Origin: Camelus dromedarius
Lineage: Eukaryota
DNA: 64,000 nt
Direction of reading: 5' to 3'
NCBI RefSeq assembly: GCF_036321535.1
Contig: NC_087436.1
Span: 45,882,001 to 45,946,000 of the forward strand
A model generated the notes under the pieces. The model saw only the letters and a list, made by a program, of their open reading frames with translations, had not been told where the DNA came from and did not search any database. Within the stretch, counting starts at the first letter, position 1; every line of letters begins with the position of its first letter. Made by a program: the position numbers and the translations under genes. Below are positions 25,081-35,959 of this stretch, one piece after another.

Positions 25081-26975
25081 CAGTGGAGCAGCGTGGGGAG
25101 TTGGAAGTAACCTCTGTAGGCAAGTTCTGCGATGAGTATTCAGGGAAGAGCAGTTTGTGGAGTAGGAAGAATCCCAGTTAGAACAGCGTGTGTGTAGGAA
25201 GTAACCCCAGGAGGAACAGTGAACAGTGTGTGGAATAAGAAGTATCCTCAGTGGAGCATCGTGAGTAGGAAGTATCCTGGGAGAGCAGTGTGTGGACTAG
25301 GTTACCCTGGTGTGTCGGTGTGTGTTGTAGTGCTACCGGTGAATGTAACTGGTGTTCCAGGTTCTTGTCCCATCCCAGAAAGAATTCAGAAATGATGTGG
25401 TGGTTAAAAAAGTAAAGTGGGAATTTATTGAAGGATGGATAGTACACTCAAGGGGAGAATGGGCAGGCTCAGGTGAGTGGCTGCCCTGGGTTTCTTTGGC
25501 AAGTTGGTTAGATAGGGTGTAAAAATTAGTGGGCGGAATATTCAGTAGGGAGGGAAGGGTCTGGGGTCATATTCCCTGATTTTCATCCCAACTCCACCTT
25601 CCCAAAGGGAGAAGGGATTTTTGTCCTTATTTAGTCTGGATCAGAAGTGTCAAGGTGCATCAGTGCATGATGGGTACTTCTAATCTGCAAAGCTAATTTT
25701 ATTGAAATGAGGGCATAATGAGCAAAAGGTTAACATTTGGACACTGGAGATTCCTGCCTTTTCCCACCTTTCTTTGTTGTCCTTGAGCCACTTAGCACCC
25801 CCAAAGGTGTGACCACTTATCAGCCCAGAGGTTCCTGCTTTTCTTTCTCTGCCAGGGACCCCTGGTGCTTACATAATGTCTAGTTTCCTGCATTTGGCCT
25901 GTGGCCCTCCTTTCTGCCCATTGACTGCCCTTTGGTCTGTGTCCCCTTTCTCTGCTCATATCTAGCTCTCCTCCTGCTCTAACAGTAGGAAGTGTTCCGG
26001 GTAGAGGGGTTAATGGGATAGGAGGCATCTGGGGTAGAGCAGTATGTAGAGTAGGAAGTAAACCTGGGAGAGCTGTGTGCTCAGTAGGACAGTGTCCCTG
26101 AGTAGAGGGGAGTCTTCCTAGGAAGTGTCCTCCACTGAGCGGTGTAGGAAGTGTCCCAGGGGACCGTGTGCGGAGTGGGACGGATCCCCGTGGAGCAGCA
26201 TGTGGGGCGGGAAGTATCCTTGGTGAGCATCGTGTATGATAGGGAGGTGTCCCCGGGCACAGCGCTGTCTAGTAGGAGGTGTCCAGGTAAAGGGGTGTCC
26301 TTGGGTAGAGCGCTGTCTTAGTAGGACGTACTTCACATAGAGCAGTGTGGGGTAGAATTACCCACGTAGGACACTGGAGGAGGGAGGGCCCGGGGAGAGC
26401 AGAGGGTGCAGTAGGAAGCATCTCGGGTAGAGCGGTGTGTGGAGTAGGAAGGAGAGGATGTATCCGTCGGGGAGCAGTGAGGAAAGAAGAAGTGTCACTG
26501 GTAGAACAGGTGTGGAGAAGGACGTGTCCTCCGTGGAGCAGTGTGTGGAACAGAAAGAATTCCGGGGAAGGCAATGTGTAGGGTCGGGAGAGGGAGATGA
26601 ACCCCTGGTAGAGCGCTGTGTGGAGTAGGAAGGAACCGTGTAGAACGGGGCGAGGAGGAGGAGGTGTTCTGGGCGTGACAGTGTGGAACAGGAAGTATCC
26701 CCAGTAGAGTGGTGTGTTCACCAGGTCAGTATCCCGAGTAGGGGTGTGTCTTACTAGGAAGCATGACCTGTGCAGCAGTGTGTGAGTAGGAAGGACCTCT
26801 GGTATCAAGTGTGGAGTAAGTGCTGTCCCTGGTAGGACAGTGTGTGCAGCAGGGAGTCTCTGGGTAGAGCAGAGCTTGGTAGGACGTACCCCCTCGTAAA
26901 GCAGGGTGTGGAGGAGGAAGCGTCTCTGGTAGAGCAGCGTGTGGAGTAGCACAGAAACCTGGGAGAGTGTGGAAG
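25081..26975. repeat. Degenerate ~33-bp tandem array in CASP6 intron 1, interrupted by an LTR
   Basis: Recurrent unit approx. GGTAGAGCAGTGTGTGGAGTAGGAAGTATCCCT; by eye roughly 7 units before and 30 after the LTR; the minus-strand ORF shows ~11-aa periodicity (FLLHTLLY). Confidence 0.85.
25331..25984 (-). mobile_element. Solo LTR, ERV1-like, 4-bp TSD
   Basis: TGCTACC...CTAACA on + (TG...CA); TSD gtag at 25327-25330 and 25985-25988; AATAAA on the minus strand at 25424-25429. Confidence 0.85.
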
Positions 26976-27589
26976 ATGCATTAGAGATGCTGTCTTTGAC
27001 TCTTCGTCTTGGGTGTGAGTAAAAATCACCTAGTTAAAAATGCAGATTGCCACCTCTCCCAGGATTCTGGTTCTGTAAGTCTGGGTTAGGATCGAGGAAT
27101 CTGCATTTTATTGTCCAGTCCAGGAATTGATGCAAAAGGTTAAGAAAAACTGATGGGGGCCCATTGGACAGGAGGAGCGGAATGCCTTTGTGGGGTCTTG
27201 GCTGGGTCTGAATGCTGGGTGGATTTCAGGGGGAACAGGCTGAGAGTGACTGGTAAAGGGCACTTGGTTGAACTCCCCATCTCATCTCACCCTCCCTCCC
27301 TGGGTGGATTTTTGCCAGTGAGGAGACGTGAGGTTCAAACAATCAGGTGTGAGGAAGACTCCAAGAAGAGAGAACACGGCCCCTTGGCTCAGAGACGATG
27401 GGTAGGAGTCCACCCTTGGGGTCCTTCGTGCTCCCTTCAAAGACCTCAAGTGAGAGGTGCATCTTGCTGTACTCTGAATATTTCTGTTTATTCATTATCT
27501 TCTCTCCCCTCCCCTCTAAGCTGTGAAGTTTATCAGGTAAAACCATATTCAAGAGCATATGGGCCCTCATTGTAGAAGATGCTAGATTC

Positions 27590-27835
27590 ATTGTGGTGTC
27601 CAGTACTGAAGCCAATAGCCACATGTGGTTATTTATTTATTATTTTTTTATTGAGTTATAGTCAGTTTACAATGTTGTGACACATGTGGTTATTTAAATT
27701 GAAATAGAAATAAATTAAAAATTCAGTTCCCAAGTTGTACTAGCCACATTTCAAGTGCTCAAGACCACATGTGGCCAGTGGCTCTGGTATAGGGAATTCT
27801 GTCATTCCAGAAAGTTCTGTTGCACAGTATTGTTC
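27590..27835. mobile_element. MER3-like hAT DNA transposon containing a 45-nt L1 tail
   Basis: agccacatgtgg...ctagccacatttcaagtgctcaa...cagaaagttctgttg; internal insert flanked by 16-bp TSD cacatgtggttattta. Confidence 0.75.
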
Positions 27836-28455
27836 CAGGAAGTAGAGAGGGATTCAATTCAGTGAGAGGCTGACTTGGGGGTGAGGAAATCTGATTGCAG
27901 GTTGGGAGCAGAGGGTCCCCTTAAAGGGTCATGAGTGCACATGTCATTCATGAGATGAAAATCTGAAACTTTGCCCCTTCCCTTCCTCCATCAAATGTCC
28001 ACCTCTGCCAGGCAGCTGCGTATTCCAGTAATAACTACATACTGTGTTCAGTTCTCCTCTTTAATTCCTTCTCTCAATATTTGCAAAAGCGTTTTCTACA
28101 AAATAAAGCAATTTCATATTTCATTTGCCCTCTGTGATCACACAGCTATGTTTGTTACTCTAGGTGTATTTTGTAATGAATGTATTTCAATAATTTCTCC
28201 ATTTCTCTTTATAATGTACTTTGCTATTTTGCAGGTAAGAATTAGGAATGAGAAAGAATTGAGCTGTTAATTTATGGTTAATTAATTTATTAATATTCCT
28301 TCTTCCTTACCTCTTCTCACAAACTTTGACCTTTAAACTAACCAAAACAGAAAGGGTATGCGAGTCAAGGTGGCTGGGAATTCCTAACATGTTTTAAAAC
28401 CATGAGTCAAAAACTAAGTTAATTAATAAACACCAACTTTTTTTTTTTTAAACAG

Positions 28456-28498
28456 GTGAAGAACAAAACATGACAGAAACAGATGCCTTCCCTAAGAG
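28456..28498 (+). CDS. CASP6: Caspase-6 exon 2
   Basis: poly-T...aaacag|GTGAAGAAC...AAGAG|gtaaaa; (G)EEQNMTETDAFPK(R), containing the TETD prodomain cleavage site. Confidence 0.95.
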
Positions 28499-29002
28499 GT
28501 AAAAATATGCTCTTTTCCAATAAAGGTCTTTTCCTTTGGTGGTCATGATCAGCCTACAGCAGTTAAAGCAAGAAAGGGACCTGGGAGCTAGATCAGGTGT
28601 TCGGAATGGGAGAATCGCTTTGTAGATGTGCTGCCCTGGTTGTGAAGGGAACTAGACTGATAATCAGCCAGGCCTGGGCCCGGGAGCTAGGGCTGGGGCC
28701 TGGGTGGGGCTGACGTCCTTGGTTGCTGGATCCTGTAGACCTGGAGGAAAGACACCAGGCAGAGGGACTGGAGAGGAGCGCCCAGCACTGCCGCTGCTCA
28801 CCAGCTGGTACCGAGGTATTTCCGGACTTTCCTTACTGGTTGGCAGTGAGGCTTTCCCGGGCCCTGCCGGTGGTGTGTCCGCCTGGCAGAGGAGGCGGAA
28901 GCAGCGGACCTCTCTCCACTCCACACCTTGACCTTGGGTTTGGAGGAGCTCATTATTTAGTGACTTAGAGTGATCGTTTTTTTTTTTAATTTTCATAAAC
29001 AG

Positions 29003-29149
29003 AGAAATGTTTGATCCAGCAGAAAAGTACAAAATGGACCACAAGAGGAGAGGAGTTGCTTTAATCTTCAATCATGAGAGGTTCTTCTGGCACCTGACGC
29101 TGCCGGACAGGAGGGGCACTAGCGCCGACAGAGACAATCTTCAGCGCAG
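29003..29149 (+). CDS. CASP6: Caspase-6 exon 3
   Basis: aaacag|AGAAATG...GCGCAG|gtagcg; [48 protein letters not shown]. Confidence 0.97.
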
Positions 29150-29568
29150 GTAGCGCAGCTTTCTCTGCACATCAAGCTGGGGAGATTTATTAAGTGATAA
29201 CTACTTATCAAAACTTGTCCGCACCGATGAAATAACAGCAGGAGCATTTGAGGATGGACCTCACTTGGGCCTCCCTCAAGAACTTGCCTGAATTTTCTGC
29301 CTAATCTTGTTCTATTAAATGTTAAGTCTTTTCATTGTTATAAATGTGTCTATAGAGTAGATGACAGTATTCTAACTTAAATCAGTTATCATGAATAAAT
29401 CCCTTCCTACTGTGGGTGATCAAGGAAAACTGTTGGCATATTTGATTTCTTTCTTTTCCCCTAAAGGTCAATTTATATATCATAAAAAAAGTGTAGGTTC
29501 CTCAAATTAAGTAGGGGTATTGTGATAGCTCTGAATAGCTCATAAGCTAATATCCAGTTTGTCACCAG

Positions 29569-29645
29569 GTTTTCAGATCTAGGATTTGAAGTGAAATGCT
29601 TTAACGATCTTAAAGCAGAAGAACTACTGCTCAAAATTCATGAGG
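29569..29645 (+). CDS. CASP6: Caspase-6 exon 4
   Basis: caccag|GTTTTCAG...CATGAGG|gtaagt; [25 protein letters not shown]. Confidence 0.96.
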
Positions 29646-29958
29646 GTAAGTATGTTTCCTATTTATCTTCCTATGATGGGATTGAGTAGTTTTTAATTAT
29701 CCTATGTGTAAAGACAGGTCCAAATAATTAATTGTGTTGTAAGAAAGTCTTGTCAGTTAATTTAGCATGGGTTATAGGTTTTGATTGTGCTTCTCTGATT
29801 ATGTTACCCACATGTTTATAGGCCAGGCTGTTTATTAAGCACTTGGAAACAAAAACCACCAAGACATGGTCCTTGACACAAAGAACACTAAGTTCCATAA
29901 GGAGGAATGAGGGGAGTTGAATGAGTATAAGAGTAGGGTCAATTAGAACAGAGTCCAA

Positions 29959-29959
<1 letters not shown>

Positions 29960-30000
<41 letters not shown>
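29960..30000. repeat. (TG)16(TA)n microsatellite
   Basis: Directly visible in CASP6 intron 4. Confidence 0.95.
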
Positions 30001-30001
<1 letters not shown>

Positions 30002-30149
30002 ATGAAAATGTCTGCATTTGACATGTTAAAATTTCCAAGACAGCTGAGCCCTTCCTCTGTGCCTCTCAGAGATCCTTGCAAAGTATTATGCCTCCAAAGT
30101 TAGTCTGTATGCCACTAGTTACAGACTGCTGCTCTAGAAATGAATGAAA

Positions 30150-30865
30150 TGATCTTTTCATGTAACAATAGTTTCAGATGTACAACATAATGATTGGTAT
30201 TAGTATACATTGGGAAATGATCACCACAGTAAGTCTAGTTAACACTTATCACCATACATAATTGCAGAAACTTTTCTTGTGATGAGGACTTTGAAGATTT
30301 ACTTTCTTAGCAACTTTCGAATATGCAGTATAGTACTTACTAACTGCAGTCATCGTGCTGTGTACATTATGTCCCCATGACTTATTTTATAACTGGAGGT
30401 TTATACCTTTCAACCCCCTTCTCTTGCCCCAGCAGCCACCAATCTGTTCTCTGCGTTTTTGAGCTTGCTTTTGTTTGCCGGTTTTTAGATTCCACATATA
30501 ATGAGATCATATAGTGTTTGTCTTTCTCTGACTTATTTCACTTAGCTTAATGCCCTCAGGGTCTATCCATGTTGTCGTAAATGGCAAGGTTTATTTATGG
30601 CTGAATGGTAATCCATTATATATGTACACACCACATTTTCTTTATCCATTCATCTATCAATGGACATTTAGGTTGTTTCCATATCTTGCCTGTTGTAATA
30701 ATGCTGTAGTGAATAGATGGGTGCCTGTATCTTTTAAAATTAGTGTTTCAAATAAATGGGCGCCTGTATCTTTTCAAATTAGTTGTCCTCAGATAAACAC
30801 CCGAAGGGGAACTGCTGGATGTAGTAGCTCTATTTTTAGTTTTTTGACGAACCTCATATCAGTTT
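30150..30865 (-). mobile_element. L1 3' end
   Basis: gacttatttcacttagc...ttatccattcatctatcaatggacatttaggttgtttcc, typical antisense L1 3' text. Confidence 0.85.
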
Positions 30866-31449
30866 TTCTTTAATCTCTAGATCATTTCAACTGGTTGCTT
30901 AGCAGGTTTTTACTTCCCTTGCTCCTAAGCTTTGGAGGACATGTCTCCTGTCTCAACACTCTTTTGGACACTCTAAGCGCTGAGGACACACAGTGAAGGT
31001 GCTGCGCTCCTTGGAGGTGCAGCGACACATAGGGAGGCATTAGTAGTAGTTTCTGGGTCTTCCCAGACTGCTTTAAGACACTCTCTGCTGATTTAGAGGA
31101 ACTTGTATTGCCAAAATGATGTGGATCTTGAAGGGGGTTCCCCATTATAATCCGTTTAGGTTTTTCATATCATTGTTCTGTGTTTTGGAAAAGCTAACAA
31201 AATCTGTTCACTCTGTTACTTTGAACTTTAATCATTTAGATTTTTAAAAAATCAGATACAGTATGGTATAGATTATTGCTTGATCAAATACTAAAATAAG
31301 TTATATTTCATTTCATTTTATATTTATAACAAAATTTCCCCCTCCTTCAGTCATATATATGCAACTTTAGTATTAGTAAACTGAATTTTTATGTGTAGAT
31401 AATAAGCACCTTATTATCATTTCTAAATAACTTTTGGGCGCCTTTATAG

Positions 31450-31625
31450 CATCAACTACTAGCCATGTAGATGCCGATTGCTTTTTGTGTGTTTTCCTGA
31501 GTCACGGTGAAGGCAACCACATCTACGCATATGATGCCAAAATTGAAATTCAGACGTTGACTGGCTTGTTCAAAGGAGACAGGTGTCAGAGCCTGGTTGG
31601 AAAACCCAAGATATTTATCATTCAG
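31450..31625 (+). CDS. CASP6: Caspase-6 exon 5 (catalytic His121)
   Basis: ttatag|CATCAAC...ATTCAG|gtaaga; [59 protein letters not shown]. Confidence 0.98.
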
Positions 31626-33107
31626 GTAAGACTGATTATGTTATAGTCTTAACTATAAAGTTCATGGTTGTGTGTGTGATTAGAAAGAACTAAAGCCAAT
31701 TTCAGAAGTAATTGTCTCCAGTAAGTGGAAAGGCCCTTTTTGAATCCAGAACAATCAGAGTTGCAATTTGAGCTGTTAGTAGTAATTCTTTCTTTACATA
31801 AAAAGGTTCCCAGTATCTTTATTACTTGGATTGACATTGGAAATGACTCACAGTTCTGAATGTGCTACTCCCTGGCCCAGCCCAGTCAGGGCAGAGCCGC
31901 GAAAGGAGGTATCTGCTGATGGAGGAGTGAATGCAAGGGCGCCTGTTGGGACCAGGTTTGGTTCTGGGGGCTGGAGAGCATGGCAGTCAGTGGGAAGAAT
32001 GCAGGTGTAAAGACTTCCAGTCCTAGCTTGTTTCATCCTTTCATATTTTCCCTTAAACCAAGATGCTGCCCCCCCCCCCACCAAACTGCTGTTAAGGATA
32101 AAAATATTTGGGGGCCTGAATAACATCATCTGGTACCTCAATAAGGATTTTGAACAAAAAAGAGAATTCTCGATGCTCCAGTGCTGCAGTCCTATATTTC
32201 CATGAACAGCACGGAGGACACAACCCCATGCCACACCCTGCCAGACCTTGAGGGGGATGGGGTAGGGGGCGCTTTAAGAAAAGAGGTTAAGGGTGATTTC
32301 CAGCTTTTGTGTTTGGACAGCTGCATTGGGGTCTGTGGGACATGTCGTTGGAGATACAGGCCTAGACCTAAGAGAGGCAGCCAGGGTTGGAGAAACAAAT
32401 TTGGTAGTAATGAGACAGATGGATGGTACTGGCAACCACAGGAGTAGATGAGTTTCCCCTTGTCAAGTATAGCCTGAAAAATGAGTGTAAAATGGAGCTG
32501 AGGGCCACCAGTGCAGAATGAGCAGAGGAAAGATACTGAGGAGGGTGGCCCCTCAGAGAAGTAGGAGAAAAATCACCAAGAATGACAGGTGACTGCTTCA
32601 TGGAAATGGGAGTGGCCAGCACTGTCACGCAAGATAACTGGAAATAACCAGTGGGCCACAAAGGAGCGAAATGTTTTGCTGAGTTATTTTATTTCTCTGT
32701 GGCTCAGATTCTTCATCTGTGAAACGGGTAAAATAGCACTGCCTGACAGGGTGGTTGTGAGGATAAATAGACCTGCCTGACAAATGAAGAGCACTCCCAG
32801 CAGTGCCTGGCCCGTGGCACGCCCCCAGGAAAGGCTGGCTCTTACTGTCACTGCTGTTGATGTGTCAGATGACGGCATCGCAGTCCAAGCGTCCCACATG
32901 TTGCTGAAGATAGTAGAAAATAAGGTCTGAAAATGAGCCTGATAATAAGATAAAAATCTCCCTGTAAAAATAAGTTATTAGGGATCTTCTATTTATCTGA
33001 TAACTGAAATCCATCAGAGCTTTCTTTTACAGCATACGATTCCTTAACCATTTCAGAATTGCTGGATGCACTTACAGTAAATACGACAGCAGAACCTCGT
33101 TAGGTCG

Positions 33108-33985
33108 CTATATTACGTGTACTAAGGCTGCCAGAACAAAGTACAGGCATACGTCACTTCATTGCACTTTGCAGATAATTGCATTTTTTTCCGCAAGGTT
33201 TGTGGCAACCATGCATCAAGCAAGTCTGTCAGCACCACTTTTCCAACAGCATTTGCTCACTTCGTGTCTCTCACATGTTGGTAATTTTCATGATATTTCA
33301 AACTTTCTCGTTATTATATTTGTTATGATGATCTGTGATCAGTGATTTTCACATTACTATTGCAAAAATTATATGACTAGCTTAAGGCTTAGGTGATGGT
33401 TAGCATTTTTTAGCAGTAAAGTCTTTAATTTTTTAATTAAAGTCTGTACTGTTTTTAGACATAATGATATTGCACACTTAACAGACTACACTGTAGTGGA
33501 AACATAACTTCTATAGGCACTGGGAAACCAAAAAATTCATGAGACTTGCTTTATTTCGATATTCACTTTGTTGCGGTGGTCTGGAACCATACCTGCAGTA
33601 TCTCTGAGGTCTGTGTACAGACTAGGTGGCTTAAACAACAGAAATTAATTTTCTTGCAGTTTTGGAGGTTAGAAGTCTGAGATCAAGGTGTCAGCAGGGT
33701 TGAAGTCTTCTGAGGCCTCTCTCCTTGGCTGGGAGGTGGCTGGTGGCTTCTTGTCCATTGTGTCTTCATATGGTCTTTCCTCTGTGAGTGTCAGTGTCCT
33801 GGTCTCCTTTTATAAGGACACCAGTCATACTGGTTTGGGGTCCACCAATATGACCTCATTTTGCCTTAATTACCTTTTTAAAGGCCGTATCTCCAAATAT
33901 AGTCACATTTGAGATACTAGGGGTTAGGACTTAAATATATAAATTGGAGCCCGGTGGGGAGGAGAAAAAATTCAGCCCATAATAG
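33108..33985. mobile_element. MLT1-like MaLR LTR with nested Tigger1-like element (33144-33615)
   Basis: MaLR text (ggctgccagaacaaagtac...ggtggcttaaacaacagaaat...attcagcccata) is split at a TA by caggcatac...atctctgaggtctgtg, resembling Tigger1 termini. Confidence 0.7.
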
Positions 33986-34527
33986 TAATTTAAGAGTCGA
34001 AATTAATGTCAGCCTTGTGTGAGTCAGAATAGTGGGTAAAGATTTGAGCCCTCACTTTAAAATAGGAACAAAAGGCAGAAGGCACATCACGTGGTATCAT
34101 TTTCACCCTTAACAATTTATGGCAGCAGCCTGGCAAGCAAAACCCAGTCTGGGAATATATTACCTGATTAAATAGAAACAAACAAATACTATATATAAGC
34201 CTTTAAAAGAAAGGGCGACTCTTGGTGCTAGGGTGTGGGTAATCCGTAAGGAATTTTAAAACCACAGATGCTTTGCCCTCTACAGTGTTCCTTTCAATCA
34301 ACACAGTTTGGTGTATAGTTGAGAATGCTAATTTTTTAAGCATTAACTATAAAAAAAAACATAAGTAGGAAAAAAAAACCTGTCAGCTTTGGTCTGCTCT
34401 CAGCCTGAATGGATTGCTTTAGAAGTGCCTGTGGAACAGCTTGTTGACGTAGCTCTGACGGCGCACCAGCGTGAAGCACTGGGAGGAGCAGATACGTGAA
34501 GGAGGGGATTGTGCTCCTGTCTCGCAG

Positions 34528-34687
34528 GCGTGTCGGGGAAACCAGCACGATGTGCCCGTCATTCCTTTGGACGTCGTGGATCATCAGACAGACGTGCCGG
34601 ATGCCAACGTAACCCAGGTGGATGCGGCCTCGGTGTACACGCTGCCTGCCGGAGCTGACTTCCTCATGTGCTACTCGGTGGCAGAAG
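34528..34687 (+). CDS. CASP6: Caspase-6 exon 6 (catalytic Cys163, intersubunit linker)
   Basis: ctcgcag|GCGTGTCGG...GCAGAAG|gtgtgt; [53 protein letters not shown]. Confidence 0.98.
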
Positions 34688-35328
34688 GTGTGTGGGTGTT
34701 TAATACAAACCTACAGTTGGCTTTCTTGGCTCAGTTCCTGTAAGTTTCACCTTGGCTTGATTTAGGTGAGGTCTTTCCTTTGGGACATGTGATTTTGTCG
34801 TGAAGCTCTCAGGCTTAAAATGGATTTCCTTGTACCAGGTGATCAGAGTGATATTTAAAAGTACAACACCTTGTAGAAAAATCCTTCCTGAGAACTATGT
34901 TAAATAAAGCTACAAAGCGAATTACATTGAATAGTATCCACAGAAGATATTCATGACTGATGGTGATACTGTTATTGTGGTAACAGTCATGGAAAACGCT
35001 GTTGAAAAATATTTTAACAGTTGTTCTCTGCTCTTGCATTAAATAATTTTATGTTTTTCTTTTTTCTAGTCTCAAAAATCATTGCCTAGCTAATATTATC
35101 TTGGGAATTTTTAGGAAATTACATAGCATTAGCCCCATTTTCATAGAACCATATGGAATTAATCTTTTTCCCAATTGAGAACAGTCAACAGAAAAAATTT
35201 TAAACTATGTCTTGGATACATCTTAGTCTTCTCCAAGGATTTTTGAGAACTTAGACATTTTAAAGGTGTTTTTCAGTCCCAGTAACTGAAAACCAGAAAA
35301 CTTCAGTGGCCTCTCCTATCTTTTTTAG

Positions 35329-35567
35329 GTTATTATTCTCATCGGGAAACTGTGAACGGCTCATGGTACATTCAAGATTTGTGTGAGATGCTGGGAAAAT
35401 TTGGCTCCTCCTTAGAGTTCACAGAACTCCTCACACTGGTGAATAGGAAAGTTTCTCAGCGCCGAGTAGACTTTTGTAAAGACCCAAATGCAATTGGAAA
35501 GAAGCAGGTTCCCTGCTTTGCCTCAATGCTAACTAAGAAGCTGCATTTCTTTCCAAAATCTAAATAA
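35329..35567 (+). CDS. CASP6: Caspase-6 exon 7 (small subunit C-terminus)
   Basis: ttttttag|GTTATTAT...[85 protein letters not shown]. Confidence 0.98.
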
Positions 35568-35953
35568 TAGGTGCTGTTTTGTTTTATGTATCTGTATTCA
35601 AAGTAGATTTTCCCTTCTTTTTATAAAAAAGAAGTATCCCCAGGTTGAAGTTTATGGTATAGCAATTTAAAATGTTTTAAGCTTTAATGAGAGAACTTTA
35701 AAAAAAATAGTTCATATTGGACATGGTGAAGGGGTTTGATATGTAGTAATGAAATCCTCAGGGAATTTCTGTAAGTTAAAAATACATTAGCATTTCTAAT
35801 ACTTGACTTTTATAGTAAATTGGAAGGTTACTCATAATATCTGGCTGATTTAACTTTTATTTTGTGACTTTTTTACATGAAACTTTTTAATCTTTTTAAG
35901 GGTTTTTGAATCCTAAGTATTAGTTTTTCTTTAATATTTGAAATTCATGTTTT

Positions 35954-35959
35954 ATTAAA
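35954..35959 (+). terminator. Candidate CASP6 polyadenylation signal (ATTAAA)
   Basis: Variant hexamer ~390 nt after the stop in a T-rich 3' UTR. Confidence 0.4.

Larger units (their letters stand above)
22322..35567 (+). other. CASP6: CASP6 gene, complete coding span (7 exons, 293 aa)
   Basis: Exons 40+43+147+77+176+160+239 = 882 nt, i.e. 293 aa plus stop. Present: catalytic His (LSHG) and Cys (QACRG), TETD23, DVVD179, TQVD193, S257, C264. Confidence 0.98.

Noticed and set aside
26269..26952. 227-aa minus-strand ORF with FLLHTLLY-like repeats, and overlapping ORFs at 26118-27029
   Set aside because: Explained by the ~33-bp array (period divisible by 3, stop-poor strand). The start is not ATG, the repeat register shifts frame within the ORF, and I recognise no domain.
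25081..26975. CRISPR-like look of a conserved core alternating with variable sequence
   Set aside because: Mammalian intron, no cas genes, cores are not identical, and the variable parts are homologous to one another rather than unique spacers.
29043..29123. Caspase-6 K42 (human RRR exosite) and S68 (human Cys)
   Set aside because: From memory mouse also has KRR and a non-Cys residue at 68, so these look like ordinary variable positions.
34612..34623. TQVD instead of human TEVD at the D193 self-cleavage site
   Set aside because: From memory TQVD is also the mouse sequence, so it is probably ancestral rather than novel.
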